The notes under the pieces: model-generated
The model's database searches: none
Seen by the model: the letters and a program-made list of their open reading frames with translations, nothing else
Told to the model about the DNA's origin: nothing
Program-made: the position numbers and the translations under genes
Assembly (NCBI GenBank): GCA_964016885.1
Contig: OZ024741.1
Location: forward strand, 153,016,001 to 153,080,000
Direction: 5' to 3'
Length of the DNA stretch: 64,000 nt
DNA from: Eledone cirrhosa
Taxonomy: Eukaryota
Shown here: in pieces, positions 10,765 to 26,556 of the stretch
How the letters are laid out: each line of letters starts with the position of its first letter
How positions within the stretch are numbered: position 1 is the first letter of the stretch

Positions 10765-12955
10765 CTCGACTAATGTGACACCAGTACCTCCTCAACTAAT
10801 GTGACACCACTAGCTCCTCCTCAACTAATGTGGCACCACTAGCCCCTCCTCAACTAATATGACACCACTAGCCCTTTCTCGATTAATTGTGACACCACTA
10901 ACCTCTCATTAACTAATGTGACATCACCAGCCCCTCATTAACTAATGTGACACCACTAGCTCCTCATTAACTAATGTGACACCACTAGCTCTTCATTAAC
11001 TAATGTGACACCACTAGCTCCTCATTAACTAATGTGACACCACTAGCTCTTCATTAACTAATGTGACACCACTAGCCCCTCCTCATTAACTAATGTGACG
11101 CCACTAGCCCCTCCTCATTAACTAATGTGACACCACTAGCTCGTCATTAACTAATGTGACACCACTAGCCCCTCCTCATTAACTAATGTGACACCACTAG
11201 CTCGTCATTAACTAATGTGACACCACTAGCCCCTCCTCATTAACTAATGTGACACCACTAGCTCCTCATTAACTAATGTGACACCACTAGCCCCTCCTCA
11301 TTAACTAATGTGACACCACTAGCTCCTCATTAACTAATGTGACACCACTAGCTCCTCCTCATTAACTAATGTAACACCACTAGCTCCTCCTCAACTAATA
11401 TGACACCACTAGCCCCTCTTCGACTAATGTGACACCACTAGCTCCTCCTCGACTAATGTGACATCACTAGCTCATCCTCGACTAATGTAACACCACTAGC
11501 CCCTCTTCGACTAATGTGACACCACTAGCTCCTCCTCGACTAATGTGACACCACTAGCTCCTCCTCGACTAATGTGACATCACTAGCTCATCCTCGACTA
11601 ATGTAACACCACTAGCCCCTCTTCGACTAATGTGACACCACTAGCTCCTCCTCGACTAATGTGACACCACTAGCTCCTCCTCGACTAATGTGACACCACT
11701 AGCCCCTCTTCGACTAATGTAACACCGCTAGCTCCTCCTCAACTAATATGACACCACTAGCCCCTCTTCGACTAATGTAACACCACTAGCCCCTCTTCGA
11801 CTAATGTAACACCACTAGCTCCTCCTCGACTAATGTAACACCACTAGCTCCTCCTCAACTAATATGACACCACTAGCCCCTCTTCGACTAATGTGACACC
11901 ACTAGCTCCTCCTCGACTAATGTGACATCACTAGCTCATCCTCGACTAATGTAACACCACTAGCCCCTCTTCGACTAATGTGACACCACTAGCTCCTCCT
12001 CGACTAATGTGACACCACTAGCTCCTCCTCGACTAATGTAACACCGCTAGCTCCTCCTCAACTAATATGACACCACTAGCCCCTCTTCGACTAATGTAAC
12101 ACCACTAGCCCCTCTTCGACTAATGTGACACCACTAGCTCCTCCTCGACTAATGTAACACCGCTAGCTCCTCCTCAACTAATGTAACACCACTAGCCCCT
12201 CTTCGACTAATGTAACACCACTAGCCCCTCTTCGACTAATGTAACACCACTAGCTCCTCCTCAACTAATGTGTCACCACTAGCTCCTCCTCGACTAATGT
12301 AACACCACTAGCCCCTCCTCAACTAATATGACACCACTAGCCCCTCTTCGACTAATGTGACACCACTAGCCCCTCTTCGACTAATGTAACACCACTAGCC
12401 CCTCTTCGACTAATGTAACACCACTAGCCCCTCTTCGACTAATGTAACACCACTAGCCCCTCTTCGACTAATGTAACACCACTAGCTCCTCCTCGACTAA
12501 TGTAACACCACTAGCCCCTCTTCGACTAATGTCACACCAGTAGCTCCTCTTTCAGTTATGTGACACCTTTAGCTCCTCCTCAACTAATGTGGCACTAGTA
12601 TCTCCTTCTCAACTAATGTGACACCACTAACTCTTCCTCGACTAATGTGACACCACTAACTCCTCCTCGATTAATGTGACACCAGTAGCTCCTCTTTCAG
12701 TTATGTGATCCACTAGCCCCTCCTCGACTAATGTGACACCACTAGCCCCTCCTCAACTAATGTGACACCACTAGACCCCCTCCTCGACTAATATGACACC
12801 ACTAGCCCCTCCTCGACTAATGTGACACTAGTAGCTCTTCCTCGACTAATGTGAAACCACTAGTCCCTCCACAACTAATGTGACACCACTAGCCCCTCCT
12901 CAACTAATGTGACACCACTAGCCCCTCCTCAACTAATGTAACACCACTAGCCCCC
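10765..12955. repeat. 29-33-bp minisatellite array
   Basis: Unit ACTAATGTGACACCACTAGC(T/C)CCTC(C/T)TCG (29 bp), with 30/33-bp CTCATTA variants at ~10.9-11.36 kb. Confidence 0.97.
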
Positions 12956-14149
12956 CCCCCCCCTCCCAGCGACTAATTGTGACATTAGTTGCTTCTCTAT
13001 TTTTTTTATGGGGGAGGGGGTTGCTGATTCTGTCTTTTATTTGTATTAGTGGTGTGGAATTCTAATGCAATCTCTTTGGGAAGACATTAGTTGCCGTGAG
13101 AATAATCTATTTACCGATGTATTACCTTCTGTACTATCATAGTGGAGAAATAATTAGATCGATAGATGCATAGATAGATGGATAGATAGAGAAAGAGAGA
13201 GTGTGCAAGAAGGGTATAGATAGATAAATAGATAGATAGATAGATAGATAGATATATAGATAGATAGATAGATAGATAGATAGATGGACAGAGAGAGAGA
13301 GAGTCTATTAGTATATCTGTCTCTGCCTGTCCATCCGTCTGTCTGTCAGTCTGTATCAGCCTGTCTGTATCTCCCTGTCTGTCCGTCTCCCCAGATGTAA
13401 AGTGCAGAAATATGTTCTCACTGCCATATCACCATGGTTGGCTGGTTAGTTAGATTAAATGGCCTCACTGTTACAACAATCAGTTGGAATTTGATAACAT
13501 GTTCTACTTCAATAGGAAGGGGAAGAGAACACCTCACCCACCCACCCACCCCTGTTATCTAGTGTGTGGGGGGGGGGGCACAAAGAGACTGATACCAACG
13601 AGAGAGAATAAGATGTGAAGAAGAGAGACAGACTAAGTGAGACAGAAAGGAAAAGACATTGAAAGCAGAGGTGAAGAGACAAAAAGACATACAGGGAATG
13701 AGGGGGAAAGAGGAGAAGAGAGAGAGTGTGTGTTTGTAAAGGAGAGAGAGAGTGTGTGAGTGAGTGAGAGAGGGTGTGTGTGTGTGTGATTGTGTGTGGT
13801 GGCAGAGTGGTTGGAGGGTGTGATAGTGAGAAGAGTAAATATGGTAGGGTGGGAAGAGGGATTGGAGTAGTAATGGTCTGAGGTGTCCGTTAAAGAGAAA
13901 CTTCCAATAAAAGGTTGGGTGGTCAATAATGAAAGGAAGTCAAGGCGGTGTGGAGTGGCGCCCCTGGAATAAGTTGATGGTCTTACACTATTTTAGTTTC
14001 TCGGTTGCAGGTTCAAATACCACCGTGGGAGACTTCGCAGTTTAAGGCTTTTTACTTGAAATACGTACCAGTCATGTAATGGGTAGACATAATAGACAAT
14101 ATGGCTAAAGGTAAATACCACCAGTGAGCGTTCTACATATATATCATCA

Positions 14150-14765
14150 TTATCATCACCATCATCCGGCGGCCTCAGCCGAAATAGACTCAACAATTGA
14201 TCTCCACGTAGGTCTGTCGTTCATTGCCATTGCCAAGTCCTGGATTTCAATACCAGAATCTCTGGAGATGACATCGGGATAGGAGAGTTTGAGCCCCTGT
14301 TATTAGTGACTGCTTGTGGTTTCCAAAGCACTAATAGGGACACAGCCTCATAGGTGGTACGATGGCAGAGGTCAGCAAATCTTACTCTCATTTTACATAC
14401 AACAACAGATATGCGTGGAAGGCCAGCATATATCTCTCTCAAAGTCGCCAGCTTATGTTCTGAATGCGTTGAAGCAGGCAAGTGTAAGGACCATCAAGGT
14501 GCTTTTGTTGTTTGGATGAAAGCGTCCATGTTTCACTTCCATATAGCATGATTGGTTGAATTGTTACTTGGAAGATTGGATTTTGGTGTGGTTGGAAAGA
14601 TTTGAGCGCAAAACTCGATCCATCTTGTTGCAAGCCGACCATGCTTGGGCCTTTCTGGTGGCGAAATCCTTCTCAGAGTCCATGATCCAGGACCCTAGAT
14701 ACTTGAAATCCTCGATTTGCTTAATATCACTGCCGTTAATTGCTTTAGTAGGGCTGATTGGTTAA
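14150..14765 (-). mobile_element. RTE-clade LINE 3' fragment, decayed
   Basis: Minus-strand motifs DFKYLGS, KARAWSACNKM, IMLYGSETWTL and RIQNISW, followed by a GAT-repeat tail. Confidence 0.75.
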
Positions 14766-15675
14766 GAAGTTAGCTTCGCAGACATTAGGTCCTGGGTTCC
14801 GTTCTACTGCCTGGCATCTTCGGCATGTGTTTTTACCGTAAACTCGAGTGACCCCATTCCTTGTGAATAAAACTAGTTAGATGGAAACTGTATGGAGGTC
14901 CGCCGGATGTACTCTACCTGTAATTAATTCAAAAGTCCAGCTTGGGAAGTACAACTCGTCAGGCAACGAAACACTGGGTCTATCGCTGAATTCACCAGCT
15001 TGTTAGTGGAGAAAGTATCGTTGCGTCGTGTTCCAAATGAGGAGCTTACCCCCGCGGAACGGGAAGATTGTGATGTCTTATGGCCTTTCACCACTTCCCC
15101 GGTCTAATCGCACTGATTAGAGCTGCGATAGGAAGCCAGCAGCGTCCAAATCATGCTTGTTTAGAGCAGCATGCTTGTTTAGAGCAGCATGCCTTGGGAG
15201 GCAATCGGCACTGAGACGACATGACAGTGGTTGAAGATTAAAGCGTCTACCATGATTGTATAACTGTATTTGTGTTGCCCTCAGATCCGGCGGCAGTGGC
15301 AGCGGATATCTCTGGCGACTCTCCACGGTAACGCTTTTGCCGTTTTGTCTGCAGAGCGCGACCGAGGCACCGCTCAGACTGGGGTGTAGTGTCTGCCCCT
15401 CTCTCCCATTTTCTTTTGTTGCTTGATCCTTTTCGTTTTGTCATTTCATTTTCTTTTCTCTTCCTTTTCTGTTCCCTATAATAGTGTGTTTTGTTTTTAT
15501 TAGATACTGCTCAATTATTTTTATATAATGTCAATGGCTTTTCATGACATCGAGAGATTTTCTATATTAAATAAACAAATGTCTTATGGCTTTTAAAAAA
15601 AGCACACCAATACATAAGTTGTGGTAGTACATTGTTATATGTTGTGAGATTTCAAAAGCTACTCAAGTTAAACAT

Positions 15676-15774
15676 TCTTCTTCTTCTTCTTCTTCTTCTT
15701 CTTCTTCTTCTTCTTCTTCTTCTTCTTCTTCTTCTTCTTCCTCCTCCTCCTCCTCCTCCTCCTCCTCCTCCTCT

Positions 15775-15806
<32 letters not shown>

Positions 15807-16010
15807 TTCTTCTTTTTCTTCTTCTTCTTCTTCCTCCTCTTCTTCTTCTTCTTCTTCTTCTTCTTCTTCTTCTTCTTCTTCTTCTTCTTCTTCTTCTTCT
15901 TCTTTTTCTTCACCTACTTATTCCTGAGAGGATCGTGGAGGCAGAGTCCTCAAACACTCCCTCCAGCGGGTCCTGTCAGAAGCAAGTTATGCAGTCAAAT
16001 TTCTTTTTCA
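15676..16010 (-). mobile_element. RTE-type 3' end with expanded (GAA)n tail
   Basis: Minus strand DRTRWRECLRTLPPRSSQE* runs directly into ~235 bp of (GAA)n/(GGA)n. Confidence 0.55.
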
Positions 16011-16025
16011 GTCATTATTATGTAA

Positions 16026-16550
16026 CCCGCCGAGGTTAAGTTTGCTTTTCATCCTTATGGGGTCGATAAAATAAAGTACCAGTAATACACTGGAATCATT
16101 GCTGGCCTTGTGCTTATAGTAGAAATCATTATTAGAATGCGGTGATTGGCAGTATCGGTAGAGGGTCGGACGCCATGCTTTGACAGATAGAGTTACGGCC
16201 CTTTCCATTCTGAGTTCAAATCCCGCCGAGGTTAACTTTGCCTTTCATCCTTACGGGGTCGATAAAATAAAGTACCGGTAATACACTGGGGTAATTGCTG
16301 GCCTTGTGCCAAACGTAGAAACAATTATTATGGGAAAGAAATGGTAGTGTCGTTAAAACATTGGACAGAATGCCTTGCGGTATTTAGTTACGACTTTTCA
16401 CGTTCTGAGTTCATATCCTGCTGAGGTCAACTTTGCCTTTCATCCTTCCGAGGTCGATAAAATAAAATACCAGTTAAATACTGTGGTCGATATAATCGAC
16501 TTTCATTACCACCCAAAATTGCTGGTATTGTGCCTTAATTAGAAACCATT
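16026..16550 (+). mobile_element. Three head-to-tail copies of the tRNA-SINE
   Basis: The body GAGGT(T/C)AACTTTGCCTTTCATCC..GTCGATAAAATAAAGTACC..GCTGGCCTTGTG is repeated at ~16030, ~16225 and ~16420. Confidence 0.85.
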
Positions 16551-16554
16551 ACGT

Positions 16555-17282
16555 TGTCGTTGCCGTTGTTGTCATCAGTTGTTCTTGCCGTCGTCGTTGT
16601 TGTTGTTGTTGTTGGTAGTGGTGGTGTTGTCATCAGTTGTTCTTGCCGTCGTCGTTGTTGTTGTTGTTGTTGGTAGTGGTGGCATTGTTATCATTGTTGT
16701 TCTTGTCATTTTTTGGTGTTGTTGACGTTGTTGTCGTCGTTGTTGTTGTTATTGTCATTGTTGTTGTCATTTTTGTCATTGTTGTGTCGGGGTTTTTATC
16801 ATTTTTGTTCTTTCTGTTATATTTGTCGTGCTTGTCCATATTGTTTTCGCCGTTGTCGCTGTTGTTATTGTTGTTATTGTTGTTATTGTTGTTATTGTTG
16901 TGTTTTTCTTTGTTTCTTGTTGTTATTGTTGTGTTTTTCTTTGTTTCTTGTTGTTGTTGTTGTGTTTTTCTTTGTTTCTTGTTATTTTTACTGTTTAGTT
17001 GTGGAAGATTAGGTCAATGTCCATAACCTTTTTTAGAGCCTCCTACCGGGGTCGTTAAAAAAGTACCAGTTAAGTACTAGGGTCGATATAATCAACTTTC
17101 TATTTCCCCTAAATTCCTGGCTTTGTGCCAACGTTAGTAATAATTATTATGGAAAAGAAACCATGTTCTTCTTCTTCTTCTTCTTCTTCTTCTTCTTCTT
17201 CTTCTTCTTCTTCTTCTTCTTCTTCTTGATGTTGTTGTCTGTTGCTGTTGTTGTTCTTCTTCTTCTTCTTGCTGTTGTTGTC

Positions 17283-17322
<40 letters not shown>

Positions 17323-17575
17323 GCTGCTGCTGCTGCTATTGTAGTTGTTGCTGTCTGTTGTTGTTGTTGTTGTTGTCTGTTGTTGTTGTTGTTGTTGCCT
17401 GTTATTGTTGTTGTCTGTTATTGTTGTTGTTGCCTGTTGGTGTTGTTTATGTCGTTGTCTGTTGTTGTTGTTGTTGTTGTCTGTTGTTATTGTTGTTGTT
17501 GCCTGTTATTGTTGTTGCCTGTGGTTGTTGTCTGTTGTTGTTGCTGTTGTTGCCTGTTGTTGTTGTTGTTGTTAC
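16555..17575. repeat. (GTT)n/(CTT)n compound microsatellites with a SINE tail at 17045-17150
   Basis: Direct reading of the sequence. Confidence 0.9.
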
Positions 17576-18809
17576 TCTTATCTCTGACTTGAACCGTTAC
17601 TGTGTTGTTTACGAAAGTATTTAGATATTAGAAATACGTAGCCAGCCAAGCTGCTTCACTATTCAACATAGCATGTGTTGTTGATATTTGGAAAGCTGCT
17701 GCAGGCAATACGGAATAGTGAAGCACAATATAGTGAAAACACGTGACAGGATATGTTTATGCATTCCACGCTTAAAAGTTTAGATTCCATTATCAGCGAT
17801 AATTCCAATTGCAGATTCTCCAAGATTGTTCCTGTCATCTAATGTACAATGTTCATGGTATATTTTATAATCTGCTTAAAAACAGTTTTAAAAAAACACA
17901 TTTTTGGTCGTTAATCAAAATGGTTAAAATAATGGTTTCTTATATAGGCACAAGGCCAAAAATGGTTAAAATAATATTAGTGAATAAGCTATTTTTTCTC
18001 ACCGCATATTTATTTGCAGTAACATTTTAATATACTCACTATATCAAATATTTTAACAATAACTTGACTATTGTGTTTTCATACAGATGAGGTCTCTAAA
18101 TAATTAACCCTAATGATTTATTCATTTTTATATGCTAAAAAAATGTTCACGCTTACTTGTGTACAGCATTGAACATCTACTAACAAATGTTCTCATTAGT
18201 ACTTTGAATAGTACGATGAAGTGAATATTCCGTTGATGAGGTCTTGAATAAAATTGATGCATGTACGGAGTTGTCTCTCTTACTTGCTAAAATTATACAT
18301 AATTTAGACCAGTCATTGAGATAACATAATCTCTTCTTTATTACATAATTAATTTAAATTGATTGCTTTATGCCCATTATATAGAAATTGTTAACACTAA
18401 CTTGTAATCATAAATTTGAGGTTGCAAAGTCCATCAGCCAATTTAACCCTGCCATCTAGTCCCTTTGGGTCCTTTAATAAAGTTTATTAGGGGTAATAGA
18501 CTTAATACATCACCTGGTTTAACATCTCTATCACCTAGTAATTAGGTGTTTTTAACGGAATTCAATCTGTTGCAAACATTTGGACCAAACCTTTGATCTG
18601 AACAATATTTGTGCTTTTGATTCTAATGAGGGAATACATTTCAATCTACTTTAAATATAGTATTTGGGATCCACTGAGTTCGATAACAATAACTGTTTTA
18701 TTACATTGTCCATAAATTATAATAAACCGCTTCCTATGCACATAGACTATATAGGCAGTGATATATAGATCGATTCTTCTAATGTATCACTTTCTTACTC
18801 CCTTGCTCA

Positions 18810-18854
<45 letters not shown>

Positions 18855-19009
18855 TCTCTTTCTTTCTGTTTCCCTGGAAGAAATAGACTGTGTTCAAACC
18901 TGGGAAGGCGATGAGCTCCACCAGGTTTATGGCACTACGGGGCCCCTGAACACAGCCGATTTGTTCCAGAGAAGGGGAGAGAGAGGGGGAGTGAGCAAGA
19001 CATTACAGA

Positions 19010-19170
19010 AAAAGAATCGACCCCTGTATTGGATTGATACTTATTGTCATTATTCTCGAAAGAATGAAATGCAAAGTTGAATTCGATGAGATTTGAACTC
19101 AGAAAGCAAAAAGCCGGAACAAATACGGCAAAGTATTCTATCCGACTTTCCAACGACTCTGCCAATTCGT
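19010..19170 (-). mobile_element. tRNA-SINE copy, diverged
   Basis: GAATGAAATGCAAAGTTGAATTC..ATTTGAACTCAGAA..CTGCCAAT is the reverse complement of the SINE head and body. Confidence 0.7.
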
Positions 19171-20017
19171 TACTTAATTTTATAAATAAGAAAATGTTTA
19201 ACATATTTATTAGAGAAACAACCACATATACTGCTTTTCACTGCCTCATTAAACAGTAAAAAAAAAACAATAATAAACAAAACAGTTAGTTCGTTATGGA
19301 TGTTGTCTTTCTCTGATTGAGATATTAAAAAATAACAAACAAACAAAAAACTTGAGAATTACATCATCCAACTTATCGTTAAACCTGTTACTCTCATCTC
19401 GGCTTTCTTAAAATTTCCAGGGATAATCTCTCATCTCATCTCTTTCCCTCTGTCTCTCTCATTCTCTATATTTCCCTCACTCACTCTCTCTTCACATTTT
19501 CAACTTGAAGTGACAAGGTTTTATTTCAAATTATGAGCCAGGAAGGACGTCTCTGTGCTTGTTTTACTAGAAACAGTAGCTAGATCTGCCTCAAACCGCA
19601 CGCCAGTGTCATAAAAACTGAAAGGATACATCCGTTAACGCAGTTCTGGTTACTCCTAAAAGACACGGGATGCTCACAACTTACAAGGATATTCTAGTTC
19701 TGAACATGCCGTGCTTTTTAAGAGTATTTGGGACTGCATTATCATAGCTCTATTCAATAGATCAGTGTTGACCTGAAGTTGAACAACAACAACAATAACA
19801 ACAATAACAGTAACAATACTAATTTACAAACGAACTGCAAGTAGTTTTAACCATTGGTAAAAGCAATACGTAGTGACTTCCACTTTAAAAACAGAATATG
19901 TATATTATAAGCACGTAGAGGAGAGTCGTTAGAACGGTGGCTAATACATTTGAGCTTGCTTTGCGATATTCTTTCCGATTCTCTGCACGCTCTCTAAGGT
20001 CAAATCTTGCCGAGATC

Positions 20018-20128
<111 letters not shown>

Positions 20129-21424
20129 GCTGCTACAAGTCACCATCGCCATCTGACTGCCTGTGAGTATAAGAAAGCCCCCATCAAAACTTAAGGACTT
20201 CGCATGGAGCATAGATACCTCGCATATTGACTAATTCATAATTTCTAACTTCTCATTTAATAAGAGAGACGTAGCACATATTTCAGTTTAATATTTCATG
20301 TCCAGTTGAGCGAGCCTTAAGAAAGATGTCACGTGATTTAATATTTAAACAAGATAATTAAGATGGCGAAATAAAATAACACATTTAAAACTCTGTCCGC
20401 TTCATTTTTGTGAAACAACAACATGTCAGATATGCTGGGACAAGGTTATAGATATGCTGGGACATGTCTGTTCTACACTGACAAGGCGATCAAAGCAACC
20501 CTCCTGGGTTTAATAATCAAAGAGTGTAATATAAACCTATGCACGCGATTGACACCTTAATCCATGTAAATGGAAACAAGATATGAGAAGGACAGTAAAA
20601 AAAAAATGATAAAAAGTGAAGTAAAAGGCTCATAATTCCTGGTGGGTCATCGTAGGGGCACCGCTCTGACACGCTGCGTGTCCTTGGCATTTTAAACCTG
20701 GTAACAATAATAATCAGTGATAAAATTATATGACAAAAACAAATGAAGAAAATCCTACAGACATCATAATGTCAGAGCATTTAACAAACAATCCCCTCAA
20801 AAATAACTCATCTGACAGAATCGTTTGAGCGTCTGATAAAATATCAGCTTATTTGTATATTTAGTTATGGTCTTTTCTGTTTTGAGATCAAATATCGCCA
20901 ATGTCAACTTTACCTATCATCCTTCTTTGCTTTGATAAAATAAAATACCAGCCAAGTACTGAGGTTGATTTAATATCTAAACTATAATAAGGTAAGAAGC
21001 GCGATATTGCGTACGGTTTATAATTTTTTATCCCCTAAGTTGGATTACTTTGAATAAATAATGAATGAATATTACATAATTTATCTATTAAATTTCGTGG
21101 CTGTTCATTAAATATATTTTATTATTTATTTAAAGATTCAATTCTTTAAAATTTTCAATTGTAAACACTTCCGGTGGCGACCGCTTAAATGAATACTCAT
21201 ATATTTCCGTCACTAATTTTCTCCTAATGTATCATGGATTACGTTACTGATTAAATAAGACAGTGTAACACAGTCTTCGTTCAATTTCTGTGGATATTGT
21301 CAATTACGATTTTATTTGATGTATTATATCTACATGCTTATATACTTGCGTAAAATATCAATATACACATAACACATACCGAGGGGTGATTTTTCTGCTA
21401 GTTCCTATAAAGAAGCATTCTAAT

Positions 21425-21772
21425 AATTGTTTCTACTTTAGGCACAAGGCCAGCAATTTGATGGGCGGGGGAGTCGATTAAATCGACCCCAGTGTATTAC
21501 TGGTGCTTTATTTTATCGACCCCATAAGGATGAAAGGTAAAGTTAACCTCGGCGGGATTTGAGCTCAGAACGTAAGAAGCATTCTAATAATTGTTTCTAC
21601 TTTTGGCACAAGGCCAGCAATTGCCCAGTGCATTACTGGTACTTTATTTTATCGACCCCGTAAGGATGAAAGGCAAAGTTAACCTCGGCGGCATTTGAAC
21701 TCAGACCATAAAGGGCCGTAACTCTATGCTGCAAAGCATGGCGTCGGACCCTCTACCGATACTGCCAATCCA
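21425..21772 (-). mobile_element. Two adjacent tRNA-SINE copies
   Basis: TTGTTTCTACTTT..GGCACAAGGCCAGCAATT..GGATGAAAGG.AAAGTTAACCTCGGCGG occurs twice, each preceded by AAGAAGCATTCTAATAATTG. Confidence 0.85.
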
Positions 21773-22287
21773 CAGAAGATAAGACTGCATACTTTCTATA
21801 TAAGACATAGAAACTAATTTTCCTCATATGCCATCATTTATCAAGATGTTGTTCACCTTCATTTCATTTTTGTAACGTTTTCAATAACAATTTACGCAAC
21901 AACATCTATACAATCACCTCCCAATACGATAACAAAGCACACCGTATTGTACACAACCACTACCACCACGCCATACGACAACACACCACAGTCAACGCAA
22001 TCACTACCTCCCAATACACCAGATTTTAAACAATAACCAGCCTCCCACCCTCCCACCCCGTACTCCAACACAACCCGCACAACATACACAATGCAGCATA
22101 TTCTACCTAGACAATCGCTTCTCAATGGTTCAATTTAGGCAGCGGAACTTGACGTCAACCGTGAAGTGGTTTTATAAATATCAAATAACATGCTTTAGTA
22201 CTTGAGGTAAACACCGTTTAACAATGTAGCTTATCAAGCAGGTTGATGCATTGTCGTTTAAAGATAATATGTGTAGATGTATGCACT

Positions 22288-23589
<1,302 letters not shown>

Positions 23590-23591
<2 letters not shown>

Positions 23592-23937
23592 TAAACTGTA
23601 AAGACCCCATCAGTCACAAATGACCATGAGATTTGCACATAGAAAGTTCTCCTCTGAGGTATAAGTCCGGGCAAGGTTGTTTGTGGAAGGTTAGCAGTCG
23701 CTCATGTATACCGGTCTCCCCTCTCCACACCACCGATGTTGTTCAAGGAAAAGGCAATGTCTAATACAGCTTGGCACCAGTGACGTCGTAACTCATTTCT
23801 ACAGCTGAGTAAACTTGAGCAACGTGAAAATAAAGTGTCTTGCTCAAGGACACAACGCATCATCCGGTCTGATAATCAAATTCACAACCTCACGATTGCA
23901 AGCCCAACGCTCTAACCACTCAGCTATACGCCTTCAC
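23590..23937 (-). mobile_element. Second tRNA-headed SINE family with a conserved core
   Basis: Minus strand GGCGTATAGCTGAGTGGTTAGAGCG (A box) ... GTGTCCTTGAGCAAGACACTTT core. Homologous copy at 43895-44040. Confidence 0.75.
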
Positions 23938-24059
23938 TCTCTTAATTTAGAGCTTTTTCTTTTACCGACTACCTTACCGATGGCAAGGTTGTAAATAAAA
24001 AATAAATGAAATTGTCGTCGTCACTTGTGAAGGCGCTCGTCCTTTGTATCGTGAGAATG

Positions 24060-25620
24060 TTTTACAAATGTTGAAGTTTCGAGATATCGCAGCCATTTAT
24101 AGCTTATGAATTAAATCAACAAATCCATATCAGTTATATTGTAGTCCAGGCGGGTTGGTGTATAAACTGTAGCTGCAATTATGACGGGTATGAAGCTGAA
24201 CGTGTATATTTTATACTGGATCTACAAACGCCTCATCAATGGTCCATAGATATCCTCCTTCTCTTGCATTTTTCTTACCACATTGACATCAAGCGGGCAG
24301 CTGACTTCTACAACAGAGCATGTTTTTAATGTGTGGTCCCAATCAACAATATCAGGCCGGTTGTGATTTAATTTGGTGGCAGTTTTTATTTTTAGGTTCT
24401 AGCAGCATTCCTTTGAGCCATCAGTCTCAACATATTCCTCCCTATTTGATTTGATTTTCGTCTTCCGTAATACATTCCAGATTGCTCTAATTATCACATT
24501 ATGCCTCATGGCGAGTTTATAACGAGAAAATATTCTTTCACAGTTGGCAACATCTTACATTTATTGTCAGTTGATCACCTTCCTCTTCTGTGCGGTAGGT
24601 ACTTGATGGTGATATCTTGTTCCTGAATTGCATGGAGATATCCTTCAAGGTGTGATATTATGAACTTTTCGGAACTCCATATCAGGTTTTTAGTATGGTT
24701 TATTCCCTCTATTGTCTGTTTTTTCGTCTCAAGTACCTTCTCAATGAATTAATCGATTTTTTCTTTAATTTTATTCGAGTATATTTGTATCAGCTTTTAT
24801 CTCATGTCTCTCCTCTAAATCAGAGACTATCCTAACAATATTATTATTTTCATGCTCATAAACTTGACCGTTTTCTTTAGTTGAAAATGTTGCCTCAGTG
24901 TTATTATCTGGGTTTCGTATGATGTTGATATAGATTTTAGGCCCCAGCCACGCTCCTTGATTGATAAATATAGCCTATCCACATCACTATTGATGCTAAA
25001 GTTTCCAGTAACACTGAGCAGCTTGCAAGTCCTTATATCCATCTCGCTCAGTTCAACAGGGCCAAATGTTGGCGTTAGGATGGGCACAGCAATAGTATTA
25101 TGTGCAATGTGCTTGTTGTACGTTGAGAGTTCTGACGACCATATTCTCTTTACTCTCCTAAGGTATTCATTCCTGGTCCTTTCCTTGTATATAGGCTCAT
25201 TATATATGACATTCTCATTCTGTCCAAGATACCTATAGCAGTTGTATCGTCAAGCCGTTCATTTTTAAGTTTCTAGAAGGGGGCACAGCTTTTCCACATT
25301 TTATTGTCAAAAATGCACATTTGGACTCACAAGATTTCATTCCAATGTCTGTAGCAAACTGGGTAATAAGGTCCATTTGTCTTGTTTTTTTTTTATGTGG
25401 TTGATATTTGGTCCATATAATTTCAAGTCATCGACAAAGAAAAGATGGCAGATACTTCTAGATCCATTTCTATGGCTATCATGTTTTGTGAGCAGGTATA
25501 ACAGTGGGTTTAACGAAGAGCAGCACTGACAAGCTATCACCCTGGAAGATATCTTTTTGTTAGTGAATACTATCATACTCAGTTTTCTCCTAATGCTATC
25601 AGACTCATTTTTTAGCCTTT
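24060..25620 (-). mobile_element. R4/Dong-type (restriction-like endonuclease) non-LTR retrotransposon fragment
   Basis: HLFFVDDLKLY, KCA, YRYLG, AVPILTPTFG, DVDRLYLSIKERGWGLK, and HNRPDIVDWD..TCSVVEVSCPLDVNV (PD..E RLE motif). Many stops and frameshifts. Confidence 0.85.
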
Positions 25621-26128
25621 GCATAAAACCGAACTTTGTATATATGTTTCATGTAAATCTTTAAGATTTAACAACGGTTGTAGTCATAATTTGGTCGGGA
25701 CTTATACGTTTAGCCATGATGATTGCATTTAATTTTCAAAATAAACGATGGTCTTTAAAAGTTTTGACGAAGTTTTGTTGTTAACGGCTTGAGTAATCTT
25801 TCATTTCAAGTTGTTTTTAATTCTATTATTGTATTTAAAGGTTCATATTTAGCAGGGAGCGGGCATTGTTTTAAAACGTTATTTGGCTTATTTATATAAA
25901 AATGTCGGCTAATTGTATTATTTCTTATATTAAGAGGGTACAAAACCATGTTTTTAGTTTAATAATTCTTTTATTACAAAATGCTTTTGTGAAAAAAAAA
26001 AAACTATCCGCAACTAACAGATTTCGAAATACTTTGAAACAGATATTGATATACTTTGCTAGGGTCATGGTGCCAATAAAAACACATGCATTGCTCTGTG
26101 TGTTTTTATTGGCAGCATGAGCCTCTCG

Positions 26129-26204
<76 letters not shown>

Positions 26205-26510
26205 TTCGTCAGGCTTGACTCTGAAATCGCAAGGTCCTCAGATACGTCTCGATTCTACGAAGCAGAGTTTCCAGTTTTTGGAAACTCAAGTCAAGTTCGA
26301 TCATTACATCGATCGTTCCTCGAGCTGGTCGCCAGAGAAACGATTGTAATATGTCTAATAAATTTTATTCGTCGCAACACGGATTCTCCGTTTCTTATGT
26401 GATATATATATATTATATATATTATATATATATATACAATGGATTAATTAACTACTAAATCTTGTCTTATTTGCTTTCATTGTTCAACATCATATATAAA
26501 TATAGATAAG

Positions 26511-26556
<46 letters not shown>

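Noticed and set aside
10765-12955. CRISPR-like appearance of a ~29-bp repeat
   Set aside because: Units are contiguous with no unique spacers, there are no cas genes, and the context is eukaryotic.
15040-15140. Possible HDV-like ribozyme near the RTE fragment
   Set aside because: A hairpin (TCTAATC/GATTAGA) is present, but I could not build the nested double pseudoknot.
18400-18760. Possible ancient CR1-like 3' fragment
   Set aside because: Only vague motif resemblance; too degenerate to support.
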